Part shown: positions 1 to 8,661 of the stretch, one piece after another
Layout of the letters: the number at the start of each line of letters is the position of its first letter
How positions within the stretch are numbered: position 1 is the stretch's first letter
Assembly (NCBI GenBank): GCA_965206845.1
Contig: OZ242221.1
Coordinates: 32,001-96,000, forward strand
Length of the DNA: 64,000 nt
Direction: 5' to 3'
DNA from: Cenarchaeum sp.
Lineage (GTDB): Archaea > Thermoproteota > Nitrososphaeria > Nitrososphaerales > Nitrosopumilaceae
The notes under the pieces: generated by a model
The model's database searches: none
Seen by the model: the letters and a program-made list of their open reading frames with translations, nothing else
What the model was told of the DNA's origin: nothing
Made by a program: the position numbers and the translations under genes

Positions 1-64
1 TGAGATCTGTGGTAGTCTCATCGAATCCCGCGTGGCGCATCCGTTGTATGACAGAGGACAATCT

Positions 65-1909
65 CTAGTCGCCGGAGGGGCGCATGGAACGCAGCTTGCG
101 CTGATACGGGTACGTGAGGGCAAACGGCTTGCCGTCTTGGCCGTCTTGCAGCGCGCCCATGTTTTTCAGGTATCTCATCTCTTCCTCGGTCAGTCTCCTG
201 AAGGTCTCTATGCCCTTCTTGCTTTCGTCAATGGAGGGATCGCCGTCCACGACGGCAAACTTTTCGTATACCGATCTTGCAAGTGGGTTCTTCTCTTCTT
301 CCCTTATGCCGGCCAGTATGCCAGAGAGGGCGGTGCTGTCCGCCTGGACCGCCACGTTGTTGTTGGGCTGCACGAACACCTCAAAATTTCTTACCATTAT
401 GGGTATAACAAATGGCTGGTGTGATGTCCACATGTAGCTCTTTCCCCTGATCGGCTCGTTGAGTATCTGCGTGATGATATCCTTGGAGTAGTGCGCGTTA
501 GCGTTGGACAGAGAGACGAGATCCGTCCTGCTGAGCAGATGGAACACGAAGAAGTTGTCCCCCTGGCTCACGATGTCGGTGGGTATGCTTCCGGGTTGCT
601 GTGTTATGAATATGCCGCCAAGGTTGTACTTTCTGCCCTCCTTTGCAAGGTCCACAAATGCAGACGGGGCAGAGGATCCGTCCCTTCCGCCAAGCACGCT
701 GTGCGCCTCTTCTAGCACGAAGGTTGCCTTGATAAGATCCGTTCCGCCGTGCTTGATGAAGTTTTCTTTGTTCCGGTTGAAGATCCTCGTGACTATCATG
801 GAACTCAACCAGCGCGCGGTCTGGGAGTCCAGCCGCGATATGTCAAATACCACCACCATGCCACGGTGCAGCGCCTGCTCGATTATCTGTATGGCCTTTG
901 AGTCCGGATCGTGTATGCTGCTTATCGAGGGCACGAGGTTGTTCAGTATGGGTTTTATGTCCACCTCGGACGGTTCCCTCAAGGAGCCGCCCGTAACGAT
1001 CTCGTTTATCTTGCCGTAGTCTGCCGACCACCCATCCCTGTGAAGGAGGTCCACCAGAGCGGGCCACCTCTCCTGCTTCATGCCCATCAGCTTCCCGAAG
1101 AAGACCATCTCGTGCTTGACAGGGCTTACCAGCAACGGTATTATCATCTTGTGGGGCAGCTCTGCCAAGTTTACCTTGTTGTTCCGGTAGACGTTTGCAA
1201 GGGATTCGTTCATCTTCTGGTTGGTGATGAGGATGGCCTCCCTCACGTCCATGATGCCGGGCCTTCCCTCCTTGTCAGTCACGGCGTACTCGCCGTCTTG
1301 GTCAAACACTAGCAGTCCCCCGTTTGCGCTGCCCCATTCCTTGCATATTATCTTCATCAGGTTGCTCTTTCCGTACCCGGCTCTTGCAAACACGAACGTC
1401 CTCTTTGAGTTGAGCCTGCTTTCGTCGAACATTATCGGGATGCTCTCGTCCATGATGTAGTGGCCTATGTGCACGCCATCGCTCTGCTCTTTGAGCGCCC
1501 TGCTTATGATGGTCTGCAGGTTGCTCCTCGTCGGCAGCCTGACCTTGCTCGTGATCTGGGGTATTCTCTTGAGTCCGGCGGTAAAGGTGCCCCCTTCTAT
1601 AGAGCCCAGCACCTTTATCCTGACCTTGTAGGTTATCTTGCTCTTCTTTATGTCGTGGCCGATCTCGTCGATGGCCCCCTGGGAGGCGATCTCGCTCAGC
1701 CACTTCTCGCCCATGGCGGTGGTAAACTCGCCGCTGGGCGAATAGTCCATTACTCTAGCCACTATGTTTTCGTTCACGTTCTGGACTAGTAGGAGCGTCC
1801 CGATCTCGAGCTGGAAGTCGGGCCTGTACGGCGCGATTATCTTTGCCACATACTCGTACAGCGAGCTCTCAAGGCCAGTGAACACGCCCACCACATCGTC
1901 GTCCGTCAT
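65..1909 (-). CDS. herA: HerA/FtsK-superfamily ATPase (HerA-like helicase/translocase)
   Basis: N-terminal HAS-barrel-like region, Walker A FARAGYGKSN, FDQDGEY, Walker B VLEEAH, arginine-finger motif AKEGRKY followed by FITQQP; start overlaps upstream NurA stop (ATGA). Confidence 0.9.
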   Translation of the reverse strand: MTDDDVVGVFTGLESSLYEYVAKIIAPYRPDFQLEIGTLLLVQNVNENIVARVMDYSPSGEFTTAMGEKWLSEIASQGAIDEIGHDIKKSKITYKVRIKVLGSIEGGTFTAGLKRIPQITSKVRLPTRSNLQTIISRALKEQSDGVHIGHYIMDESIPIMFDESRLNSKRTFVFARAGYGKSNLMKIICKEWGSANGGLLVFDQDGEYAVTDKEGRPGIMDVREAILITNQKMNESLANVYRNNKVNLAELPHKMIIPLLVSPVKHEMVFFGKLMGMKQERWPALVDLLHRDGWSADYGKINEIVTGGSLREPSEVDIKPILNNLVPSISSIHDPDSKAIQIIEQALHRGMVVVFDISRLDSQTARWLSSMIVTRIFNRNKENFIKHGGTDLIKATFVLEEAHSVLGGRDGSSAPSAFVDLAKEGRKYNLGGIFITQQPGSIPTDIVSQGDNFFVFHLLSRTDLVSLSNANAHYSKDIITQILNEPIRGKSYMWTSHQPFVIPIMVRNFEVFVQPNNNVAVQADSTALSGILAGIREEEKNPLARSVYEKFAVVDGDPSIDESKKGIETFRRLTEEEMRYLKNMGALQDGQDGKPFALTYPYQRKLRSMRPSGD

Positions 1910-3006
1910 GCCCCGCCTCCCAGGGATCCCTTTGAGACTGCCTCGTCAAGAATGGCCGAGTTCCGTATGTATTCTGCCAGCGACGGATCGGATCTCTCCA
2001 CCAGCCCCTTGATTATGTTGTCGTATAGCATGGATGCGGATATTCCAAGTCCCGCTGCGGACTCGTGTGCCCGCATTATGGTCTGCGGGTATCCCATCAC
2101 GGGGTAGGCGTACATCGCGTCTTTTGCAAGGTAGCTCATTATCTCTGTCACCTCGGATTCAGAATAGACGCACCGTCCGTCGGTCCCTTGGGGCAGCTCC
2201 ACCGTGACGAACAGGTTCTTGCTGCGCGAGAGCTTTGCTATGTACAAGTCGCCAAGCGCGTAGGCTAGGCGTGTCGGCACTCCCGGCCGGAGTCTGGTCG
2301 TCGGGCTCCACTTGTACGCCATGTTCTCCACATCCAGCGGGATTCTGATGTACCCGGCTTGATCCGGAGGGAAGATCCTTTCGCATGCCAGCGCGGCATG
2401 CAGCAGGAACGCTATCTTTGACGTCTTTGCCACGCCCACCACGCGCACGTGACTCCTGTTCCTGCGGAGGCAGTCGATCATGCGCGGGATGAGCTCGTCT
2501 CTTATCTTCCTGGTGCGCAAGAGCCCGTCCTTGAGTATTATGGATTTGCTGTCCTTGGGAGCCCTCTCCACTGCGTCAAATATGCACGCGAACTCGGCAA
2601 TCTCCATTAGGGTTCCCTTGGCAGTCAGGAACCTCGAGGTGTCTCTGAGCGATCTTGCACCCAGCATGTCAAGGAACCCCCGCATGATGGGGTCCGCATC
2701 CAGATCAGCCAGGATCTCGCCGGTGTCTTCGTCTTCGAGATCCCCGACGGGGGCCGCAAAATTCATCCTCACGTTTCCGTTGGAGTCTGCCACCTTGACC
2801 ACCTCGAACTCGAAGGGCTCAAGGCGCAGGTTGAACCTTCCTCCGTCAAACGACTTGAACGTCATGGGGATGTACGAGCCGGCAGGCTCTATCGGGACGA
2901 ACTCCAGCTTCCTGACCCTCTCCCTGAGAGCGCTCATCTTCCTTATTTGGTTCTCCTGCAGGCGTTCAAGGTTCGCGACACCGCGAGAATCATAGTCGAG
3001 GTTCAA
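1906..3006 (-). CDS. nurA: NurA-family 5'-3' nuclease
   Basis: Motifs FDGG, LKDGLL, GVAKTS, GYPQTIMRAHE typical of NurA. Start reassigned to TTG at 3006, about 25 nt downstream of a TTTTTAAG box; the 486-aa ORF extension runs through an IS630 relic. Confidence 0.8.
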   Translation of the reverse strand: MNLDYDSRGVANLERLQENQIRKMSALRERVRKLEFVPIEPAGSYIPMTFKSFDGGRFNLRLEPFEFEVVKVADSNGNVRMNFAAPVGDLEDEDTGEILADLDADPIMRGFLDMLGARSLRDTSRFLTAKGTLMEIAEFACIFDAVERAPKDSKSIILKDGLLRTRKIRDELIPRMIDCLRRNRSHVRVVGVAKTSKIAFLLHAALACERIFPPDQAGYIRIPLDVENMAYKWSPTTRLRPGVPTRLAYALGDLYIAKLSRSKNLFVTVELPQGTDGRCVYSESEVTEIMSYLAKDAMYAYPVMGYPQTIMRAHESAAGLGISASMLYDNIIKGLVERSDPSLAEYIRNSAILDEAVSKGSLGGGA

Positions 3007-3049
3007 TATGGGCGTGATGTGGGCTTGTCTTAAAAATGGCACGGTGCCA

Positions 3050-3395
3050 TAGTGAGGATCATAGATTCGCGCAAAACGATGCCGCTTTTCTGTTGACAAG
3101 TTTGAGCAGATCCGGATTAAACCTGGCGGTCCTGTAATGTATGGAGGCGGCTCTGCACATGTCTGCGAAGGTTTCATAATATTCCGAGACGGGTAGGATC
3201 TGCTTCCCTTGGAGCCAGCACTTCTCCATTGCGTTGAGGTACAGTGATCTTTTGGGAAGGTATATGATCTTGCTGTTCTTGTTTTCTCGTAACAGTTCCT
3301 TGACACGTTTTGCACAGTGGGAGGGATCCCATTCATTACCACCACCTTTCCAAAATGTCTCTGCATCTCCCTAAGGTAGAGGATGAAGCTCGGTT
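3050..3395 (-). pseudogene. IS630-family transposase C-terminal relic with terminal end
   Basis: Two frames give FILYLREMQRHFGKVVVM and HCAKRVKELLRENKNSKIIYLPKRSLYLNAMEKCWLQGK...SEYYETF, a degenerate IS630 YLP.YSP.LN.IE motif; stop at 3059-3061 followed by an end-like TCCTCACTA. Confidence 0.75.
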
Positions 3396-3655
3396 CATAG
3401 GATCATGCTCAATATACTTTCCGGGTGGGCACTTTCATCTCCATGAACATAGTTTCTTAGCTATAGCGGCACAGATCTGTTCGGGTCAAGCAGAATACAA
3501 TTTTTTTCCGATCGAGCTGCGAATCTAGTCCATGTTTTGCTTGGGATACCGCAACGATGCTGCACCTGATGCAGCACACAGTAGGCCGAGACGTCGATTG
3601 GTAGGTTCTATTACGAGGCGTGCAACTGACACACCACGGCTTTGCGCTTTTCAAC

Positions 3656-4657
3656 TCAGGGAAAATCTTCATCGACGTAGAACCGCTGTATCTTTGCGTT
3701 GTTATAATATTGATGAAGCGCCTGTTTGTGGTCTGTACCTAATGTGTACAACGAGTTGCTCAGCCCATTCATCTTAGTCCGGTACTCCTCGTTACGCTCG
3801 ATGAGTTTTTCGATGTATTGTTTAGGCGGCAGATTTCCCAGCTTACGGCAGTTGCACGTTTGACACGACAGCACAAGGTTCCACAACTCCGTCTCATGCA
3901 TGTAATCAAACGGAAGGACGTGATCCACATGTATCTTGACATTCTTCAGGGATCTCTGGCAGTAAAAGCACTCGGTAGCGAATGGTTCCAGACATTTCTT
4001 AAACCTGCTTTGGTTACGAACTCCTGACATGGCCATCACTTTACTCGTCAAATGTGGCGTTCCAAAGTTGATCGTCTCTAGGAACCTGACCCAATACATG
4101 ATGACAGTGCTGTAGAGTATCCCGTAATTTCGCTTGAAAAAGTCCATCGCGCGCGGGTTGAGTAGGATGCCTCCGTGCTTGTCTATGCGAGCATTGTTGG
4201 CCTTGTCGTTGTACTTGATGGACAAGTAGTCGTAGAATATCTTGGTTTCAGCCTTTCCTCTCACTTTCTGAAACCTGTGTATGACATTGCCGAAGCAGTG
4301 TCTGGTGATTTCTCTCTCACAATTTTCTATCTTCCGTGGAAATTTATGCCTAATGTCCGCAAATGTGTTAGGGTATTGTGACTTGTCAAACTCCGCACGT
4401 ATTATGGATATTATTTGCGGTGTTTGGTGCGGCGGTCCCTGCCGCAGCTTCGACTTGCATTCTTGGGGCCAGTAGTATTTGAGGAAGTACGGTGCGATTT
4501 CTCTGTACCGTACACGGCGTTCGGCACTGGAATAGCTGTAATCAAGAAGGAACCGGGCAAGTGCAAACTTGTACGTGTTGTTCTTACTTTGGTTTGACTC
4601 CATTATCCCCATGAATGTAGCCAGAAATTCCTTGTCTTCGTAGTTTGCGAATTCCAA
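3656..4657 (-). CDS. HNH endonuclease with N-terminal helical/wH-type domain (possible modification-dependent restriction nuclease)
   Basis: CFYC...HVDHVLP...ELWNLVLSCQTCNCRK HNH/Zn motif; N-terminal NTYKFALARFLL; probable TTG start at 4657 (upstream ORF extension lies in a MITE). Confidence 0.85.
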   Translation of the reverse strand: MEFANYEDKEFLATFMGIMESNQSKNNTYKFALARFLLDYSYSSAERRVRYREIAPYFLKYYWPQECKSKLRQGPPHQTPQIISIIRAEFDKSQYPNTFADIRHKFPRKIENCEREITRHCFGNVIHRFQKVRGKAETKIFYDYLSIKYNDKANNARIDKHGGILLNPRAMDFFKRNYGILYSTVIMYWVRFLETINFGTPHLTSKVMAMSGVRNQSRFKKCLEPFATECFYCQRSLKNVKIHVDHVLPFDYMHETELWNLVLSCQTCNCRKLGNLPPKQYIEKLIERNEEYRTKMNGLSNSLYTLGTDHKQALHQYYNNAKIQRFYVDEDFP

Positions 4658-4716
4658 TATGTGGTAGGTATGCCACACGTTTACAAAAAGATTGCCACAT
4701 CTATAGTGACACGCAA

Positions 4717-4836
4717 AAGACCTTATGCGAAGTTTTAACGGTAGCGGATGCCATATCACCACCCATAGCTGGTTCAAGGGTCGACCACGGGCAGCGGCAT
4801 GGTGTCCGCTACCGCTAAAATTTCGCACAAGGTCTT
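4717..4836. mobile_element. MITE-like element, 120 bp, 38-bp imperfect terminal inverted repeats
   Basis: aagaccttatgcgaagttttaacggtagcggatgccat vs reverse complement of atggtgtccgctaccgctaaaatttcgcacaaggtctt; 5 transition mismatches. Confidence 0.75.
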
Positions 4837-5025
4837 ACCAACCCCTATTTAAGACCAGCATCAAATACCACCAAATGCCTTCTAACCGTTTCTGTAGTTT
4901 TTTCAAATGCTCGAGACATGGCTCTCAATGATGGTTTGGCGGACGCTGGTATATTTTCTCTACTGTGAGCCCCTCATTCTCAGGCATAAAACGGTTTAAA
5001 TAAAGAAAATCTGATAAATATCAAT

Positions 5026-5295
5026 ATGTCAAAAGAAAAAATCAATAAGCTGATTGATGACATGCTACAACAGAGACATCATTTTGGTATTGATTCTTTT
5101 TGTATGGGAGATGATGATCTAAAAGCCACTTGCTTCAGTTTTTTAGTCTCTAAATGTATTTTAAGACTTTCAATCACCATGAACAACAATAATGTATATG
5201 TATTCTCGAAGCCGGGACGAGAAATAATGGAAGATGATAGTAAGCGCTTGGCCTTTGTAGAAGAATTTTTGAAGTTTTACGGTAATTCAGAATAG
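5026..5295 (+). CDS. small hypothetical protein (AT-rich cassette)
   Basis: 89-aa ORF downstream of TTTAAATA box; closely spaced with the next two ORFs. Confidence 0.55.
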   Translation: MSKEKINKLIDDMLQQRHHFGIDSFCMGDDDLKATCFSFLVSKCILRLSITMNNNNVYVFSKPGREIMEDDSKRLAFVEEFLKFYGNSE

Positions 5296-5306
5296 TGTGA
5301 CGTTCA

Positions 5307-6056
5307 TTGCGTTTTAATAATGACTTAAACACCGAATTAGACAAGCTTATGGACTATTATCGTTATTTGGAATCATCATTTGTTGATATTACAAGATTAG
5401 TTCCGCTTGAAAACAAACCAAATACATTCTCACCACGACTGTATGAAATTTTACAAGGCACATGTAGTCAAGTTGAATCTGTTTTAAAAATTATGTGTAG
5501 AGAATTGAATATAGCACCAGAGAGAAAAAGTAAATCCAAACCACATGAAACAACTTCGTCCGACTTAGATGACTGCTTGCGTGTGGAAGAAAGAGAATAC
5601 AATTTCAAGCCATACGAGGCGCTAAATCATGATGGAGCGATCAGTTGTCAAGAAGTAGTTTCCTTAATACGGACAGGCTGGCACCCGATGAAGCCTTTTG
5701 TGTGTGGTTTTAACTGTGGTTCCAACAATAAATCTGAACACAAACATCATAATGTCGATAATTCAAAAATGCCACAATGGTGGAGGGCATATAATAAATC
5801 AAAACATAATTTACCAAAAGAATACAAAGTCGGAAGCATTGAAAACGCATACCTGGCACTGGCAGGTCTGTATGTTTTACATTTCATGGCACATATGCTA
5901 GTGGTAAAAAGAAAAGACTTCCTCAAGCAAGACTTCTGGCATCAGCATGAGCCCCTTAAATTTGATAGTCACAACCGACACTATCAAAAGGAATGGGTAG
6001 AACCAAAATCAGACATTTTTTATCCCATTGGACATTTTTCACCTCCGCGAGCATAG
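5307..6056 (+). CDS. hypothetical protein, HEPN-like
   Basis: FSPRLYEIL..TCSQVESVLK and PQWWRAYNKSKH resemble the HEPN E..LK and (R/N)x4-6H signatures. Confidence 0.6.
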   Translation: MRFNNDLNTELDKLMDYYRYLESSFVDITRLVPLENKPNTFSPRLYEILQGTCSQVESVLKIMCRELNIAPERKSKSKPHETTSSDLDDCLRVEEREYNFKPYEALNHDGAISCQEVVSLIRTGWHPMKPFVCGFNCGSNNKSEHKHHNVDNSKMPQWWRAYNKSKHNLPKEYKVGSIENAYLALAGLYVLHFMAHMLVVKRKDFLKQDFWHQHEPLKFDSHNRHYQKEWVEPKSDIFYPIGHFSPPRA

Positions 6057-6106
6057 TCTTGTTGCTATAGTTCAGGTTTATTAGCAGTGGACTCACGTAC
6101 CCACAC

Positions 6107-7237
6107 ATGGAATTTGACTGGAATACTCTCGTTGAGCAGATTAAGGCTAATGACAGAATTAGCAAAAAATTCAAGGAACAATTCATCAAATCTGTTACGG
6201 TGTTGAGAAGGGAATTGGGCGAAGATTGGCTGAAGGATACGAGCCATCCACTGCTGTGGCGTATGCAGAACATGTATGGTAATCCCTCTGATTGGTTTGT
6301 TGTCATGCTTGCCGAAAACATCACCGCATTGAAAGAAGTTGTGAACTTTGAGAGTATTTTGAACAGAGTTAGACTGGCAGGAGAATACAGCGGTGCTGTC
6401 ACAGAGATTGAGGTAGGTGGCACTCTGGCAAGACACGGCTATGATCTGACGATCGAGCCGGAACAAGGAAAGAAGAAACCTGACTTCTTCTGCGAGAAGG
6501 ATGGGTGCGAGTTTCTTGTGGAAGTCAAGACACTGATGGTGTCCGAAGAGATACAGAATGCAAACAGAATCTCACAGCGGATAATTGCAGCATGCAACCC
6601 AATATTTCCCGCGGGAGTTATCCTCAACCCTCTGTTAGAACACCTCCTTGTAGAGATCGAATGTAAGCTGAAAGAGGTCGTCGGACGCGTCACCGTAGAA
6701 ACCGCACAGGAGTTCTACAGGCAGAATGCTCTGAAACTTTATCTTGTGGATCCCAACGATCCCAACAGAATCAAAAAGAATGGTGAGTGGTGTCGCAAGC
6801 AAGAAAGATTGGGAATTTTCCATGCTTGTGCCGGACTGGCGGGCCCTCCGGTAGACTTGACGGATCACTCCCGCGTGAGGTTCAGAATACTCGGTATTAA
6901 AAGAGAGGAGCAAATCCCACAAGACAAGATGGGCATATTGTTCATCTTCGGCAGCTTTATCATTCGCGACACAGATGTGGAAGAGTTCGTTGACGGGATT
7001 ATTAAGGAGGTGCACGAACTCGGTAACATTCCGGCAGTAGTGCTCGTCGGAGCCAAGACTACAACGCTTTCGCAGGAGGCTCCCAAGATAATAAAAAAGG
7101 GAGACTACATTGATATTGATTGCTGCCTTGCTCCACATCTTAAGGAAAAGGTCCTAATCGTAAAGAACAGGTTCTGTCGGTTTCCCTTTGACTATGATAT
7201 GCTGACTAACATGTATACTGAAACCATCCGTAATTAA
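6107..7237 (+). CDS. PD-(D/E)XK restriction-endonuclease-fold protein
   Basis: TEIEVG...IEP..KKKPDFF...FLVEVK catalytic pattern. Confidence 0.7.
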   Translation: MEFDWNTLVEQIKANDRISKKFKEQFIKSVTVLRRELGEDWLKDTSHPLLWRMQNMYGNPSDWFVVMLAENITALKEVVNFESILNRVRLAGEYSGAVTEIEVGGTLARHGYDLTIEPEQGKKKPDFFCEKDGCEFLVEVKTLMVSEEIQNANRISQRIIAACNPIFPAGVILNPLLEHLLVEIECKLKEVVGRVTVETAQEFYRQNALKLYLVDPNDPNRIKKNGEWCRKQERLGIFHACAGLAGPPVDLTDHSRVRFRILGIKREEQIPQDKMGILFIFGSFIIRDTDVEEFVDGIIKEVHELGNIPAVVLVGAKTTTLSQEAPKIIKKGDYIDIDCCLAPHLKEKVLIVKNRFCRFPFDYDMLTNMYTETIRN

Positions 7238-7258
7238 AAATCAACCGTTATCTGCTAG

Positions 7259-7372
7259 GGTTGTTTATGAGTAAGTGTTCATGTCCCATCTTGATCTGTG
7301 CTTATTGGCGTGGCAGAAGAGCAGTCTAGGGTGATTGGAGGATAGATCCGAACACTTACGTGCATGACTACC
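7259..7372. mobile_element. degenerate MITE
   Basis: Perfect 10-bp inverted pair gtaagtgttc (7271-7280) / gaacacttac (7350-7359), extended by degenerate ggttgtttatga / gtgcatgactacc. Confidence 0.45.
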
Positions 7373-7560
7373 TTCTGGAAATTCTGCTTTTCAACACAAG
7401 CTACAGGGGTTAAAAACAATCAGCCGTCTGTGAGCGCAAGCGCCAGAATGCTTGACAAACACCGAATTTGAATGAAACAGTACCGCAGACAGAGTTCTTC
7501 AAATCAATTACTGGACAGGTACCTGTACGGAGATATCTCGTGGTCGTTACAGTCGTTGAA

Positions 7561-7842
7561 TTACGATCGATGTGTATTCCATCTGATCTCCATTCTGTAT
7601 ATGTGTCCTAGACACGGCGCGCAGATGAGTTTACCGGTTTCATGCACCCAAAGTGACCGGCAGAACGATTTATCACACACATGGCAAAAGAGCAGCGACC
7701 TGTCGTTTGCAAGCCCCCGTTCTATCCCCATCACACAGCGCGTGCAGTAGCCGGTAACCTTGTCGTTACATACCTCGTCGCCGAACACCACCAAAGGGTA
7801 CGTCTGTCCACAATACTCGCACCATCCAGTCTTTACACTCAT
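7561..7842 (-). CDS. small multi-CxxC zinc-finger protein
   Basis: CEYC, CTRC, CHVC, CAPC in 93 aa from the ATG at 7842. Confidence 0.6.
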   Translation of the reverse strand: MSVKTGWCEYCGQTYPLVVFGDEVCNDKVTGYCTRCVMGIERGLANDRSLLFCHVCDKSFCRSLWVHETGKLICAPCLGHIYRMEIRWNTHRS

Positions 7843-7995
7843 CGTACCTTGAGTTCGCATGCGGACAGTTAAGGATTGCCACCGACTCGTGGGTTGGCGT
7901 ATCATTCTTCCTGATGTTGGTGCTGTATATCGCCAGAAATGATTTCATGAATAGCAAGCCTGATTTAACGGCTGTGTCCTATCCATGCGTCGAGT

Positions 7996-8400
7996 TTATA
8001 GGCGTTTGACGCGATTTTCAGCGCGGGGAGACAGCCTCGACTGGAGAAATGGTTTGCAGCGCTGTGCTGGCGTAGGATGAATCTTCGGATACATATACAT
8101 CACGGCGCTGTCCTGTATCGTCTTGTGCAGTATATCGTTAGCGCACACCCATTCCAGTGCGCGTCGCGCAGCATCTTGACCGTGGCGTCCCTTCAGCTGG
8201 CCTGTGGAGACATAACCGCTTGGCGGCAGTGCTTGCAGGGCTGCGGCAATCTCATGGTCTGTTCTGTCTAGATCTTTGTTGCTTATGGGACACAGCACCT
8301 CGTAATACGCGTTCACGACATTCTTTGCACTTTTCAGTTTCCAAGTTGGAAAAAAACACCATTTAAGGGAAATTCTGATCGCTTGTGATACAATTATCAT
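7996..8400 (-). CDS. hypothetical protein or gene fragment
   Basis: 134-aa ORF without a recognisable motif, next to an orphan IS end at 7970. Confidence 0.25.
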   Translation of the reverse strand: MIIVSQAIRISLKWCFFPTWKLKSAKNVVNAYYEVLCPISNKDLDRTDHEIAAALQALPPSGYVSTGQLKGRHGQDAARRALEWVCANDILHKTIQDSAVMYMYPKIHPTPAQRCKPFLQSRLSPRAENRVKRL

Positions 8401-8661
8401 ACGGGTTCAGGGCCCTGCGGGCCGTTGTATGTGGCCAGATCCGTGCCTGGAACCCGAGATGCATGCCAAGCGCCATGTGTGTCGGGTCGGGTAGAGATGT
8501 CCGGCATCTGCGATGCTACCATGACGCGGACATTCCGGCGTGAATGCGGCGTTTTGTACACTGTTTAACGGGTCTGTCAGAATCCACCCAGCATATTCGG
8601 CTTATTTTGGACCCTTCCTCCAGTCCTAACTTAACGATCCTTTAATTGATATCGTCCGTCA

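Noticed and set aside
3007-3366. N-terminal 120 aa of the 486-aa NurA ORF
   Set aside because: It runs through an IS630 relic; a TATA box plus TTG at 3006 gives a normal-sized NurA.
4658-4828. N-terminal extension of the HNH ORF
   Set aside because: It overlaps the 4717-4836 inverted-repeat element and the promoter region.
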